Part shown: piece after piece, positions 54,783 to 64,000 of the stretch
Layout of the letters: every line of letters begins with the position of its first letter
Position numbering within the stretch: the stretch's first letter is position 1
Source: Sphingobacteriales bacterium
GTDB lineage: Bacteria > Bacteroidota > Bacteroidia > Chitinophagales > Chitinophagaceae
Direction: 5' to 3'
Assembly: GCA_024642285.1 (NCBI GenBank)
Contig: JAHEBJ010000007.1
Location: 11,017-75,016, forward strand
DNA length: 64,000 nt
Program-made: the position numbers and the translations under genes
Notes under the pieces: generated by a model
What the model was told of the DNA's origin: nothing
What the model saw: only the letters and a program-made list of their open reading frames with translations
The model's database searches: none

Positions 54783-54792
54783 TTCTTTTATC

Positions 54793-55257
54793 ATGACTCA
54801 GGATACTCAAATACAGGTTGTAGAAAAATTGATTGGGCCATTACTAACGGAAGATATTTTTTTGGTTTACATTAAAATAAAACCCACCAACAATTTTAAG
54901 ATTTATATAGATGCGGATAGCGGGCTTGGAATAGAAAACTGTATCAAAATTAATCGTGCTTTGTACAAGATTATGGAGGAAATGGGTATGTATCCCGACG
55001 GTGATTTTTCGCTGGAGGTAAGCAGCCCGGGACTGGATGAACCATTGAAACTTTTGAGGCAATACAAAAAAAACGTAGGTCGTAATGTGGAAGTGGTAAA
55101 AATTGATGAATCCAAAACCGAAGGAAAACTAACTGAAGTAACCGAAGAAAAAATTTCTGTTGAATACATCGAAGGAAAAGGCAAAAAGGTGGTTTTGAAA
55201 ACAGAGGAGATTGATTTTGCAAACATCAAACAAACAAAAGTTCAGATAAAGTTTTAA
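54793..55257 (+). CDS. rimP: Ribosome maturation factor RimP
   Basis: YIDADSG, LEVSSPGLDEPL; first gene of the nusA-infB operon; start ATG 54793. Confidence 0.92.
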   Translation: MTQDTQIQVVEKLIGPLLTEDIFLVYIKIKPTNNFKIYIDADSGLGIENCIKINRALYKIMEEMGMYPDGDFSLEVSSPGLDEPLKLLRQYKKNVGRNVEVVKIDESKTEGKLTEVTEEKISVEYIEGKGKKVVLKTEEIDFANIKQTKVQIKF

Positions 55258-55313
55258 TTATTAAATAAAACCCCCACCCCGGCGGGGAAATTAAAGTGAG
55301 GCCGGAGCGGAAT

Positions 55314-56564
55314 ATGGCAAGTATTAATTTAATCGACTCGTTTCAAGAGTTTAAGGATGCTGAAAACATCGATCGTCCTACGCTGATGAAAGTTATGGAA
55401 GATGTGTTTAAAACACTTATCCGTAAAAAATATGGCAGCGACGAATGTTTCGACGTTATTGTTAATGATCAGAAAGGTGATCTGGAGATTTTCCGCCGCC
55501 GCACCATCGTTGATGATGATGATTTGTACAACTCATTAACCGAAATTGAGCACAAAAATGCCATCTTGATCGAACCTGATTACCAGGTTGGTGAAGAGTT
55601 ATATGAGGAAGTGGATATTCAGAAAGAGTTTGGCCGTCGGGCTATTTTAGCCGGTAAACAAACACTGGCAGCACGTATCAACGATCTTAAGAAAAACATC
55701 CTGATAAAAAAATACGAAGAGCGTATAGGAGAAATTGTGAGTGGAGAAGTTTACCAGGTTTGGAAAAAAGAAGTGTTGCTGCTGGATGAAGAAGGTAATG
55801 AAATGCTGTTGCCTAAATCGGAGCAGATTCCTTCTGACTATTTTAAGAAAGGCGAAAGTGTAAGAGGAATAGTAAAAAAAGTTGAGCTTAAAAACAGTCA
55901 GGCAGTGATCATTATTTCACGAACCGCTCCTCAGTTCCTCGAAAAATTACTGGAAATTGAAGTTCCTGAAATATTTGACGGTTTAATAGTTGTGAAGAAA
56001 ATTGTACGTGACCCGGGAGAAAGAGCAAAAGTTGCCGTGGAAAGCTACGACGACAGAATTGACCCTGTTGGCGCATGTGTGGGTATGAAAGGAAGCCGTA
56101 TTCATGGTATTGTTCGTGAATTAAAGAACGAGAATATTGATGTAATCAACTGGACGAGTAATATTCAGCTGATGATTCAGCGTTCATTAACACCTGCCAA
56201 GATCACGAGCATGGAGCTGGACAATGAAAAAATGCACGCCAATGTTTACTTAAAACCAGACCAGGTCTCGTTAGCCATTGGCCGCAGAGGTGTAAATATT
56301 AAACTGGCTTGTGAACTTACAGGATATGAAATTGATGTGTTCCGCGACAACGAAGGGGAAGTAGAGGAATTTGATATTGATCTGGATGAATTTACAGATG
56401 AAATTGAACCGTGGATAATTGACGAATTAAAAAGAGTGGGATGCGATACTGGCCGTTCAGTATTAGAACTTACTTCTGAGGAACTGGAGCGTAGAACCGA
56501 TCTGGAGAAAGAAACTATCGAAGACGTAAGAAGAATATTGAACGAAGAATTTAAAAAAGACTAA
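55314..56564 (+). CDS. nusA: Transcription termination factor NusA
   Basis: FGRRAI, S1 domain, [34 protein letters not shown]; ATG 55314 preferred over GTG 55296. Confidence 0.96.
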   Translation: MASINLIDSFQEFKDAENIDRPTLMKVMEDVFKTLIRKKYGSDECFDVIVNDQKGDLEIFRRRTIVDDDDLYNSLTEIEHKNAILIEPDYQVGEELYEEVDIQKEFGRRAILAGKQTLAARINDLKKNILIKKYEERIGEIVSGEVYQVWKKEVLLLDEEGNEMLLPKSEQIPSDYFKKGESVRGIVKKVELKNSQAVIIISRTAPQFLEKLLEIEVPEIFDGLIVVKKIVRDPGERAKVAVESYDDRIDPVGACVGMKGSRIHGIVRELKNENIDVINWTSNIQLMIQRSLTPAKITSMELDNEKMHANVYLKPDQVSLAIGRRGVNIKLACELTGYEIDVFRDNEGEVEEFDIDLDEFTDEIEPWIIDELKRVGCDTGRSVLELTSEELERRTDLEKETIEDVRRILNEEFKKD

Positions 56565-56649
56565 GCTCCGGTTATTTTTAAACACCGGGAGTTTAAATAG
56601 AACACTAAAAAGAAAAATCAGTCCGTTTTTTTGGACAAACAAAAATCGA

Positions 56650-59457
56650 ATGGGAGAAGTAACTACACCAAGGTTGATCGCGGCGGCCAAAGAGTTTAAC
56701 ATAGGTAAGGATACCTTGGTAGACTTTCTTGTATCTAAAGGATTTGATGATTCTGACCTGAAGCCCTCATCAAAACTTACTGAGCCCATGTATCGGGTAC
56801 TGCAAACAGAGTTTCAGCAGGATAAGGTTTTGCATGATAAAGCCATGCAGATCGATCTGCCTAAAGGAGCCAGTGTAAGTGAACCTAAGAAGAAGAAAGA
56901 CGAACAGGATCTTTCATTCACAAAGAAGGAAACAAAATCAAAAACAGCAAAGACCGAAGCTGAAGAAAATACAGAGGAAGCGGCTGTTACAAAAGCCGAA
57001 ATAGTAGAACCAGCCAAAGAGGAAATAAAAGAAGAAACAATAAAATCGGCACTAACTAAAGTTAAGGTACCGGATCTGGAAGCGCCTAAAGTGTTGGATA
57101 AAATTGATCTTGAACTTATAGATTCGTCAACAAAGCCTAAGAAAACAGTAAAAAAATCAGCTGATAAAGAATCAAAGGCAGTTACAGAAGAGAAGGCAGC
57201 CAAAGATAAAAAAACTACCAAAGCAAAAACCAAAGCGGCCGAAGAAATTGGGGCAGAAGCTAAGGTAACAGGGCCAACTAAAGAAGAAGCGGCACCAGTT
57301 ATTGAAAATATAAAAGCGGGAAAATTATCCGGTCCTAAGATCATGGGTAAAATTGAATTGCCTGCTGACAACGATACGAGGCCCAAAAAAGGAAGCGAAG
57401 AAAAAAGAAAACGTAAGCGCATTCCAATGGAGAAAAAACCCGGAGCACCGGGAAGAAAAACAGGCGGAAGTACAACAGGGACAGGGGCCTCAAACAGAGC
57501 AGGCGGAAGATATGGAAGAGGAACTACAACAACAGGCAGAAGGGAAGACAGGGTTATTGACGAAAAAGAAATTCAGGATAAATTGCGGGAAACACAAGCC
57601 AAACTGGCTGGTGCAGGCGGACGCGGAAAAAGTTTAAAAGCCAAATACCGCAAAGCGAAAAGAGATGAACATGCTGAGGCAGCTGGTGTTGAGGGTGAAG
57701 GCAGCAACAAACTGCAGGTTACCGAATTTATTTCTGTAAGTGAATTAGCAGGTTTAATGGATGTAAGTTTTGCGGATATTATCAGCAAGTGTATGAATCT
57801 GGGCATAATGGTATCAATTAACCAACGCCTGGAGGCTGATGTTATTGAACTGGTTGCCAGCGAATTTAATTTTGAGGTAGAATTTATAGGCGTTGAAGAT
57901 GCCGGTGAACTTGACTTTGAAGAAGTAGAAGACGAAGAGCAAGACCTGCAACCCAGGGCTCCGATTGTAACCATCATGGGTCACGTCGATCATGGTAAAA
58001 CATCCTTACTCGATTATATACGCAACACAAATGTAATTGCCGGAGAGGCCGGAGGAATTACCCAGCATATTGGTGCTTATGAAGTAACATTGAAAGACGG
58101 CCGTGCCATTACTTTCCTTGATACACCGGGTCACGAAGCCTTTACGGCCATGCGGGCACGTGGTGCTAAAGTAACCGATATTGCGGTAATTGTTGTTGCC
58201 GCCGATGATGCTGTAATGCCTCAAACAAAAGAAGCTATATCACATGCACAGGCAGCTAACGTACCTATGATCTTTGCCATTAATAAAATGGATAAGGATG
58301 GGGCAAATCCCGAAAAAATTAAAGAACAGCTTTCGCAAATGAACGTTTTAGTGGAAAGCTGGGGTGGTAAATATCAAAGCCAGGAAATTAGTGCCAAGAG
58401 CGGACAGAATATTGATCTGCTAATGGAGAAAATATTGTTGGAAACGGATATCCTGGAATTAAAAGCAAATCCCGACAGGGAATCAAGCGGAACCGTAATT
58501 GAAGCTACGCTCGATAAAGGGCGTGGTTATGTAGCCACTATTCTTGTACAAAACGGAACATTAAATGTGGGTGATATGATCGTATCTGGCCAGTACTTTG
58601 GAAAAGTAAAAGCCATGTACAATGAGCGTAATCAGCGGGTAGAGGTAGCGCCTCCATCAACACCTGTTTTAATTTTAGGACTTAACGGTGCACCACAGGC
58701 GGGCGAAACGTTTAAAGAATTTGAAAACGAAAGTGATGCAAGGTCAATAGCCTATAAACGAGGTCAAATCTTACGTGAGCAGGGCATGCGTGCCAAGAAA
58801 CATATTACGCTTGATGAAATTGGCCGTCGTTTAGCGTTGGGATCTTTTAAAGAATTAAATGTAATTATTAAAGGAGACGTGGATGGCTCGGTAGAAGCCC
58901 TGAGTGATTCATTACAAAAATTAAGTACTGAGGAAATAGTAATTAAAGTAATTCATAAAGCCGTTGGTGCTATCACCGAAAGTGATGTAACCTTGGCTAA
59001 CGCATCGGATGCGATCATCATTGGGTTTAATGTCCGTCCTGTAATTCAGGCAGCAAAACTGGCCGAGCAGGAAGCCATACAAATAAAATTATACTCTATT
59101 ATATACAACGCCATCGAAGAGATAAGGAGTGCAATGGAAGGTATGTTGGAGCCAAGTGTTGAAGAGAAAATACTGGCTAATGTTGAGATAAGGGAAGTAT
59201 ATAAATTTGATAAGGCGAGTGTGGCAGGTTGTTTTGTTTTAGATGGTAAGATGGCAAGGAACAGCCGCATCAGATTAATACGTGACGGAATTGTAATTTA
59301 TACCGGCGAACTGGGAAGCTTAAAACGATTTAAAGACGATGCTAAAGAAGTAACATCCAGTATGGAATGCGGATTGACCATCAGAAATTACAACGATATA
59401 AAAGTTGCCGATATAGTTGAAGCGTTTGAAGAGATTGAAGTAAAACGTACGCTCTAG
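56650..59457 (+). CDS. infB: Translation initiation factor IF-2
   Basis: [43 protein letters not shown]; long Lys/Glu-rich N-terminal region. Confidence 0.98.
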   Translation: MGEVTTPRLIAAAKEFNIGKDTLVDFLVSKGFDDSDLKPSSKLTEPMYRVLQTEFQQDKVLHDKAMQIDLPKGASVSEPKKKKDEQDLSFTKKETKSKTAKTEAEENTEEAAVTKAEIVEPAKEEIKEETIKSALTKVKVPDLEAPKVLDKIDLELIDSSTKPKKTVKKSADKESKAVTEEKAAKDKKTTKAKTKAAEEIGAEAKVTGPTKEEAAPVIENIKAGKLSGPKIMGKIELPADNDTRPKKGSEEKRKRKRIPMEKKPGAPGRKTGGSTTGTGASNRAGGRYGRGTTTTGRREDRVIDEKEIQDKLRETQAKLAGAGGRGKSLKAKYRKAKRDEHAEAAGVEGEGSNKLQVTEFISVSELAGLMDVSFADIISKCMNLGIMVSINQRLEADVIELVASEFNFEVEFIGVEDAGELDFEEVEDEEQDLQPRAPIVTIMGHVDHGKTSLLDYIRNTNVIAGEAGGITQHIGAYEVTLKDGRAITFLDTPGHEAFTAMRARGAKVTDIAVIVVAADDAVMPQTKEAISHAQAANVPMIFAINKMDKDGANPEKIKEQLSQMNVLVESWGGKYQSQEISAKSGQNIDLLMEKILLETDILELKANPDRESSGTVIEATLDKGRGYVATILVQNGTLNVGDMIVSGQYFGKVKAMYNERNQRVEVAPPSTPVLILGLNGAPQAGETFKEFENESDARSIAYKRGQILREQGMRAKKHITLDEIGRRLALGSFKELNVIIKGDVDGSVEALSDSLQKLSTEEIVIKVIHKAVGAITESDVTLANASDAIIIGFNVRPVIQAAKLAEQEAIQIKLYSIIYNAIEEIRSAMEGMLEPSVEEKILANVEIREVYKFDKASVAGCFVLDGKMARNSRIRLIRDGIVIYTGELGSLKRFKDDAKEVTSSMECGLTIRNYNDIKVADIVEAFEEIEVKRTL

Positions 59458-59622
59458 GATACAGTACATAAAGCCCGGCTTTTATATTTCGGATTGTTCT
59501 TATTTGCTAATCCAGGCAGCAGGCTGCGCCCCTCTCAATCTTTTGTTAAATGAAGGGTAGACCTAAGAAGGTTATTAAACGGTAGTTTAATTTTACCACC
59601 GTATTGGTTAAAAAAAAAATTG

Positions 59623-61005
59623 ATGAAAAAATTTCTGTTTATTATTACTGCGTCTTTCGGAATAACAGTGGCTGTTCAGGCACAAATACCTCAGTCTAAA
59701 CCGGTAATTGCCGATAAGATAGTTGCTGTAGTTGGTGATAAGATAATTTTAAAAAGTGATATTGATAACAGCATAATAGATATGCAGCGTCAGAATATCG
59801 CTGTACCCGAAAACGGGAGGTGCATGGTGTTGGAACAGGCAATGGGAATTAAAGCACTGGTTTTACAGGCCGAGAAAGATTCTATTCCGGTTACCGACGA
59901 AGAAGTAGAAACCGATATCGATAATCGCATCCGTGGATTTATTGCCCAGTTTGGCAGCAAAGACGAATTGGAAAAAGTAGCAGGCAAAACTATTTACCAG
60001 CTCAAGGAAGATTTTAAAGAACCCATTCGTGACCAGAAATTAGCAAAGGCCATGCGTGACAAAGTAGTGGAGAATGTTCGCATTACACCTAAGGAAGTAA
60101 ATGAATACTTCGAAAAAATACCGAAAGACAGTTTGTATTTGTATGAAAGCGAAGTGGAGGTCAGCCAGATCATTTCTTTTCCAAAGGCTCATCGGGATGC
60201 AGAAGAGTATTGTATTGAACAGTTGAAAGATTTTAAGCAACAGATTGATGACGGAAAGAAGGATTTTGCCACACTGGCAAGCATTTATACACAAGATCCG
60301 GGAAGTAAAGAAACGGGTGGAATGTATGATGTTAACCGGTATTCCAAGGAAATGGATCCCGTATGGTTGGGAAAAGCATTTACTTTAAAACCTGGCCAGG
60401 TTTCCAATCCATTTAAAACCCGGTTTGGATATCATATTATGCAATTGGTAAGCCGTGCCGGCGATGATGCGTCGGTCAGGCATTTGTTATTAATACCACA
60501 GGTCACTTCTTATGAATTAAAAGATGCTTCTGATAAATTAGATTCGGTACGTGCCTCATTGATGGCTGGAACTATGGATTTTGGTACGGCTGTATCTAAG
60601 TACAGCGATGATGAAGCAAGCAAGTTTACTGCAGGGCAGTATATGGGTAGAGACGGCAGTACCTATGTCACAATAGACCAGTTGGATAAAGATATGGTGC
60701 TCATGCTAAAGAACCTGAAAGTTGGACAATACTCTCAACCCACCGAATACGTGGACGAAAGAGGTCGAAAGGGAGTAAGGATTGTGTATCTTAAAACAAG
60801 AACTGAGCCCCACCGTGAAAACATGAAAGATGACTATGACCGAATCTCTCAAAGAGCACTTGAAGAAAAAAAGAATGAAAAGCTTGAAAACTGGTTTAAT
60901 AAAAAAGTAATTACTTATCATATTTTGGTAGATGATGAATATAAATCATGTCCTGAAATGGCAAAGTGGATAAAAGGAGTATCTGCTACTGCAGCAAATA
61001 AATAA
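59623..61005 (+). CDS. SurA-like periplasmic chaperone / PPIase
   Basis: Signal peptide, DKIVAVVGD.IILKSD, two parvulin domains (DPGSKETGG, KTRFGYHI). Confidence 0.85.
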   Translation: MKKFLFIITASFGITVAVQAQIPQSKPVIADKIVAVVGDKIILKSDIDNSIIDMQRQNIAVPENGRCMVLEQAMGIKALVLQAEKDSIPVTDEEVETDIDNRIRGFIAQFGSKDELEKVAGKTIYQLKEDFKEPIRDQKLAKAMRDKVVENVRITPKEVNEYFEKIPKDSLYLYESEVEVSQIISFPKAHRDAEEYCIEQLKDFKQQIDDGKKDFATLASIYTQDPGSKETGGMYDVNRYSKEMDPVWLGKAFTLKPGQVSNPFKTRFGYHIMQLVSRAGDDASVRHLLLIPQVTSYELKDASDKLDSVRASLMAGTMDFGTAVSKYSDDEASKFTAGQYMGRDGSTYVTIDQLDKDMVLMLKNLKVGQYSQPTEYVDERGRKGVRIVYLKTRTEPHRENMKDDYDRISQRALEEKKNEKLENWFNKKVITYHILVDDEYKSCPEMAKWIKGVSATAANK

Positions 61006-61026
61006 TTATTTAAACTTAAATAATAC

Positions 61027-61060
61027 AAGCGTTCCGTTTTTTCCGGAGCGCTTTGTTTTA
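61027..61060 (+). terminator. Terminator-like hairpin after the surA-like gene
   Basis: AAGCGTTCCG-TTTTTT-CCGGAGCGCTT followed by TGTTTT. Confidence 0.6.
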
Positions 61061-61088
61061 GGAGGCAACAGCAGATAAAAAATACGAA

Positions 61089-62282
61089 TTGATAGAACCC
61101 AAAAAAATAATCTTGAAGGAAGAACAGGCGGTACTGGTGGGGTTGGTGTATAAAGAACAAACCGAGCCCATGGTAAACGAATACCTGGATGAACTTACTT
61201 TCCTCGCCGAAACTGCCGGTGCAAAAGCAGTTAAAAGATTCACCCAAAAACTTCCCCATCCCGATAGCAAGATTTTTGTTGGAAAAGGAAAACTGGAAGA
61301 AATACGGCAGTATATTTTGCTGAAAGGAAATATCAGCATGGTGATATTTGATGATGAACTTACAGGCTCACAGATCCAGAATATTGAAAAAGAATTGAAA
61401 GTAAAAGTGATTGACCGGAGCGATCTGATTCTCGATATTTTTGCCAGCCGTGCAAAAACGGCGCAGGCAAAAACGCAGGTTGAACTGGCACAATATCAGT
61501 ATATATTACCACGATTAAAAGGAATGTGGAAACACCTTGAGCGCCAGGGAGGCGGTGTAGGCACCAGAGGTCCCGGTGAAACCGAGATTGAAACCGACCG
61601 ACGTATCGTTAAAGATAAAATCGGGTTACTTCGTAAACGCCTGGCCGAAATAGACAAACAATCATTTACGCAGCGGAAAGACCGTGGTGAATTTATACGG
61701 GTGGCTTTGGTTGGATATACCAATGTTGGAAAATCAACATTGATGAACACCTTAAGCAAAAGCGATGTGTTTGCTGAGAATAAATTATTTGCCACACTGG
61801 ATACAACCACCCGAAAAGTGGTTTTTGAGCAAACGCCTTTTTTGTTGAGCGACACGGTTGGATTCATTCGTAAGTTGCCCCATCATCTTGTTGAGAGTTT
61901 TAAAAGTACACTTGATGAAGTACGTGAAGCCGACGTGTTATTACACGTGGTCGATATTTCTCATGCACAATATGAGGATCAACTCAATGTGGTAAATAAA
62001 ACACTGGCTGAACTAAAGGCTGCCGATAAGCCCGTAATAACCATCTTTAATAAGATGGATAAATATGAAGAACTGGCTTTTGACCAATGGTTGGAACCTG
62101 CAGTAAAAAAAGAAATACTGAACGACCTGAAACAACGCTGGCAAAACGAAACAAAGGGAAGTTGTGTTTTTATTTCAGCTTTACAACGTACAAATCTTGA
62201 CGGTCTGCGTCAAACTATTTTAAATGAAGTGAGGGAGATGTACCGGATTCGCTATCCTTATAAAGCTGAATTCTTTTACTGA
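61089..62282 (+). CDS. hflX: Ribosome-splitting GTPase HflX
   Basis: GPGETEIETDRR, VGYTNVGKST, LFATLDTT, DTVGFI, NKMD. Confidence 0.96.
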   Translation: MIEPKKIILKEEQAVLVGLVYKEQTEPMVNEYLDELTFLAETAGAKAVKRFTQKLPHPDSKIFVGKGKLEEIRQYILLKGNISMVIFDDELTGSQIQNIEKELKVKVIDRSDLILDIFASRAKTAQAKTQVELAQYQYILPRLKGMWKHLERQGGGVGTRGPGETEIETDRRIVKDKIGLLRKRLAEIDKQSFTQRKDRGEFIRVALVGYTNVGKSTLMNTLSKSDVFAENKLFATLDTTTRKVVFEQTPFLLSDTVGFIRKLPHHLVESFKSTLDEVREADVLLHVVDISHAQYEDQLNVVNKTLAELKAADKPVITIFNKMDKYEELAFDQWLEPAVKKEILNDLKQRWQNETKGSCVFISALQRTNLDGLRQTILNEVREMYRIRYPYKAEFFY

Positions 62283-62295
62283 TAATTTTTTAAAT

Positions 62296-62664
62296 GTGTC
62301 GGCGGAAAAAACTGCTGAAAAAATAATGGCTGCATTTCTCAATTATAACTGGTGCAAACTGGCAGATTCATTAGAGGAAATTAAGTTTGGCCCTAATGGA
62401 CTTGTACAGGTTGATGTGCCCGGAAAAACAATAACACTTGCGCTGTCAAAAGGAAAAATTTTTGCATGTCCGCAAAAATGTCCGCATGCCGGCGGTAATT
62501 TATCCGAAGGATTTCTCGACCCCTTGGGAAATATTGTTTGCCCACTACATAAGTATAAATTTAATTTGATTAACGGAATCAATACCAGCGGAGAAGGATA
62601 TTATCTTACCAGATATCCTGTTGAAATTAGAGCTAATGGGATTTACATAGCAATTGAAACTTAA
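62296..62664 (+). CDS. Rieske [2Fe-2S] ferredoxin
   Basis: CPHAGG and CPLH ligand motifs. Confidence 0.88.
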   Translation: MSAEKTAEKIMAAFLNYNWCKLADSLEEIKFGPNGLVQVDVPGKTITLALSKGKIFACPQKCPHAGGNLSEGFLDPLGNIVCPLHKYKFNLINGINTSGEGYYLTRYPVEIRANGIYIAIET

Positions 62665-62825
62665 CAGGAGTCCAAAGTAGCAAAGGTTTCCCTCTTTTTA
62701 CCGGAAAAACTAAAATTTAATTAATAAACTTACCAATTATTCAATTGCGACTTTTTGATAATTTTTTTGATTGAGTTCCCAAAGTTCAATATTTTTACAA
62801 TACATATTTTAACTAAATAACAATT

Positions 62826-64000
62826 ATGAGAAAAATCTACCTGGTTCTTTTTACTGTAGTTTTTGTTTTAGCGGGTCCGCTCTCAATGTTAGCTCAAAAT
62901 TCGTTCTTCTCACCGGTGAGTGAGAGTTCAATATTTTTAGGCAACAATAAAAGAGAGATTATACCAGCAAAGTATAATTCAGTAAAAACCGACATCAACC
63001 AATTAAAAACTTTCCTTTGGTCTTTACCAACTGAGAAATCAGTAGCAAACAGAAAAACTGCACCCGTAATGGCGTTCCCTATGCCTGATGGTTCTGTGGC
63101 CAGGTTCAATGTTTGGGAAAGCAATATTATGGAACCGGGCCTTGCAGCCCAACTGCCCGAAATGCGCCAGTTCCTTGGTCAGGGTATTGATGACCCTTAT
63201 GCGACAATAAGATTTGACTATAACCCGTTCACGGGTTTTCATGGTCAGATCCTTTCTTCTGTTACAGGAAGAATCTATATTGATCCTTATGCAAAGGGGG
63301 ACCTTAATCATTATATCAGTTATAGCGTAAAAGACTACAGTAGAGATGTAAGATTCATCTGTGAAGTAGTGGATAACGAGTTGGCTTCAAAAGGACAGGG
63401 GTCACAATTGACAACAGCTGCTTGCTTAGGTACAAATCTTAGGACCTACCGTTTGGCGCTTGCCTGTACAGGAGAATATTCGGTTGCCGTTGCTGGTGCT
63501 TCACCAACAGTTCCGGCGGTAGCCGCAGCTATGCTTACTTCAGTAAACCGGGTAACCGGTGTTTATGAAGTAGAGGTGTCATTGAGAATGACATTGATTG
63601 CCAATAACAATTTGCTTATTTATCTGAACGGAGCAACCGATCCTTATACTAATAATAGTGGTACAACAATGCTTGGCGAGAACCAGGCCAATATTGACGC
63701 TGTTATTGGATCTGCCAATTACGACATTGGTCACGTTTTCAGTACCGGCGGTGGTGGGGTTGCCAACCTAAACAGTCCTTGTAATGCCGGCTCAAAAGCC
63801 AGGGGTGTAACAGGTAGTTCAAATCCTGTTGGTGATGCTTTTGATATTGACTATGTAGCTCATGAAATGGGACATCAATGGGGTGGTAATCACTCTATGG
63901 CAGGTTGCGGATCATCTCCGGCCAGTACAAAGTATGAAGTGGGAAGTGGAACTACCATTCAGGGGTATGCAGGTATCTGTGGCGCTGAGAATATTCAACC
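62826..64000 (+). CDS. Reprolysin-like (M12B) zinc metalloprotease, runs off the window end (not in ORF track)
   Basis: Hand translation from ATG 62826 stays open to 64000: signal peptide, prodomain (PMPDG, FLGQG), RTYRLALACTGEY, YDIGHVF, metzincin HEMGHQWGGNH at 63861. Confidence 0.9.
   Translation, partial: MRKIYLVLFTVVFVLAGPLSMLAQNSFFSPVSESSIFLGNNKREIIPAKYNSVKTDINQLKTFLWSLPTEKSVANRKTAPVMAFPMPDGSVARFNVWESNIMEPGLAAQLPEMRQFLGQGIDDPYATIRFDYNPFTGFHGQILSSVTGRIYIDPYAKGDLNHYISYSVKDYSRDVRFICEVVDNELASKGQGSQLTTAACLGTNLRTYRLALACTGEYSVAVAGASPTVPAVAAAMLTSVNRVTGVYEVEVSLRMTLIANNNLLIYLNGATDPYTNNSGTTMLGENQANIDAVIGSANYDIGHVFSTGGGGVANLNSPCNAGSKARGVTGSSNPVGDAFDIDYVAHEMGHQWGGNHSMAGCGSSPASTKYEVGSGTTIQGYAGICGAENIQ

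Noticed and set aside
56900-57700. Low-complexity Lys/Glu/Gly-rich stretch
   Set aside because: Normal variable N-terminal region of IF-2
2041-63311. The many 60-140 aa ORFs nested in or antisense to long genes (e.g. 5655-6065, 25258-25674, 45339-45719, 56814-57422)
   Set aside because: They overlap well-supported genes in other frames and have the composition expected of shadow ORFs; no independent motifs

Overview
AT-rich bacterial chromosome segment. Gene content and TAnnTTTG (-7) promoter boxes point to Bacteroidota, most likely Chitinophagaceae (inference). It is mostly core housekeeping: adk, fabG, lptB, metF, rlmD, cysS, mtgA, uvrD/pcrA, recA, purF-type amidotransferase, tRNA(CAT), rimP-nusA-infB, surA-like, hflX. 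Around these are envelope, peptidase and repair genes (two GH3-family adenylating enzymes, paaZ, two rhomboids, S46 peptidase, msrB, msrC, alkA, tag, pnuC/nadR-like, S1/P1 nuclease) and a truncated M12B metalloprotease at the right edge. I saw no transposase, integrase, prophage, CRISPR array, rRNA or recognisable defence system, and I cannot point to a clear-cut new multi-gene system. The most promising unexplained signals are small. (1) The 690-bp uvrD-recA intergenic region holds a candidate stand-alone structured RNA with its own terminator, a Cys/Trp-rich small ORF split by a +1 frameshift, and a CTAA-N5-TTAG palindrome in the recA promoter. (2) A 42-aa Cys-rich lipoprotein ORF was missed by the ORF track. 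(3) One rhomboid has lost its catalytic serine. (4) Two tandem 61-aa membrane peptides and tag sit inside a pnuC-nadR operon. (5) Several interspersed palindromes are built from 7-mers, and there is a GC-rich cysS leader. All product calls come from motif recognition by eye; no database searches were run.
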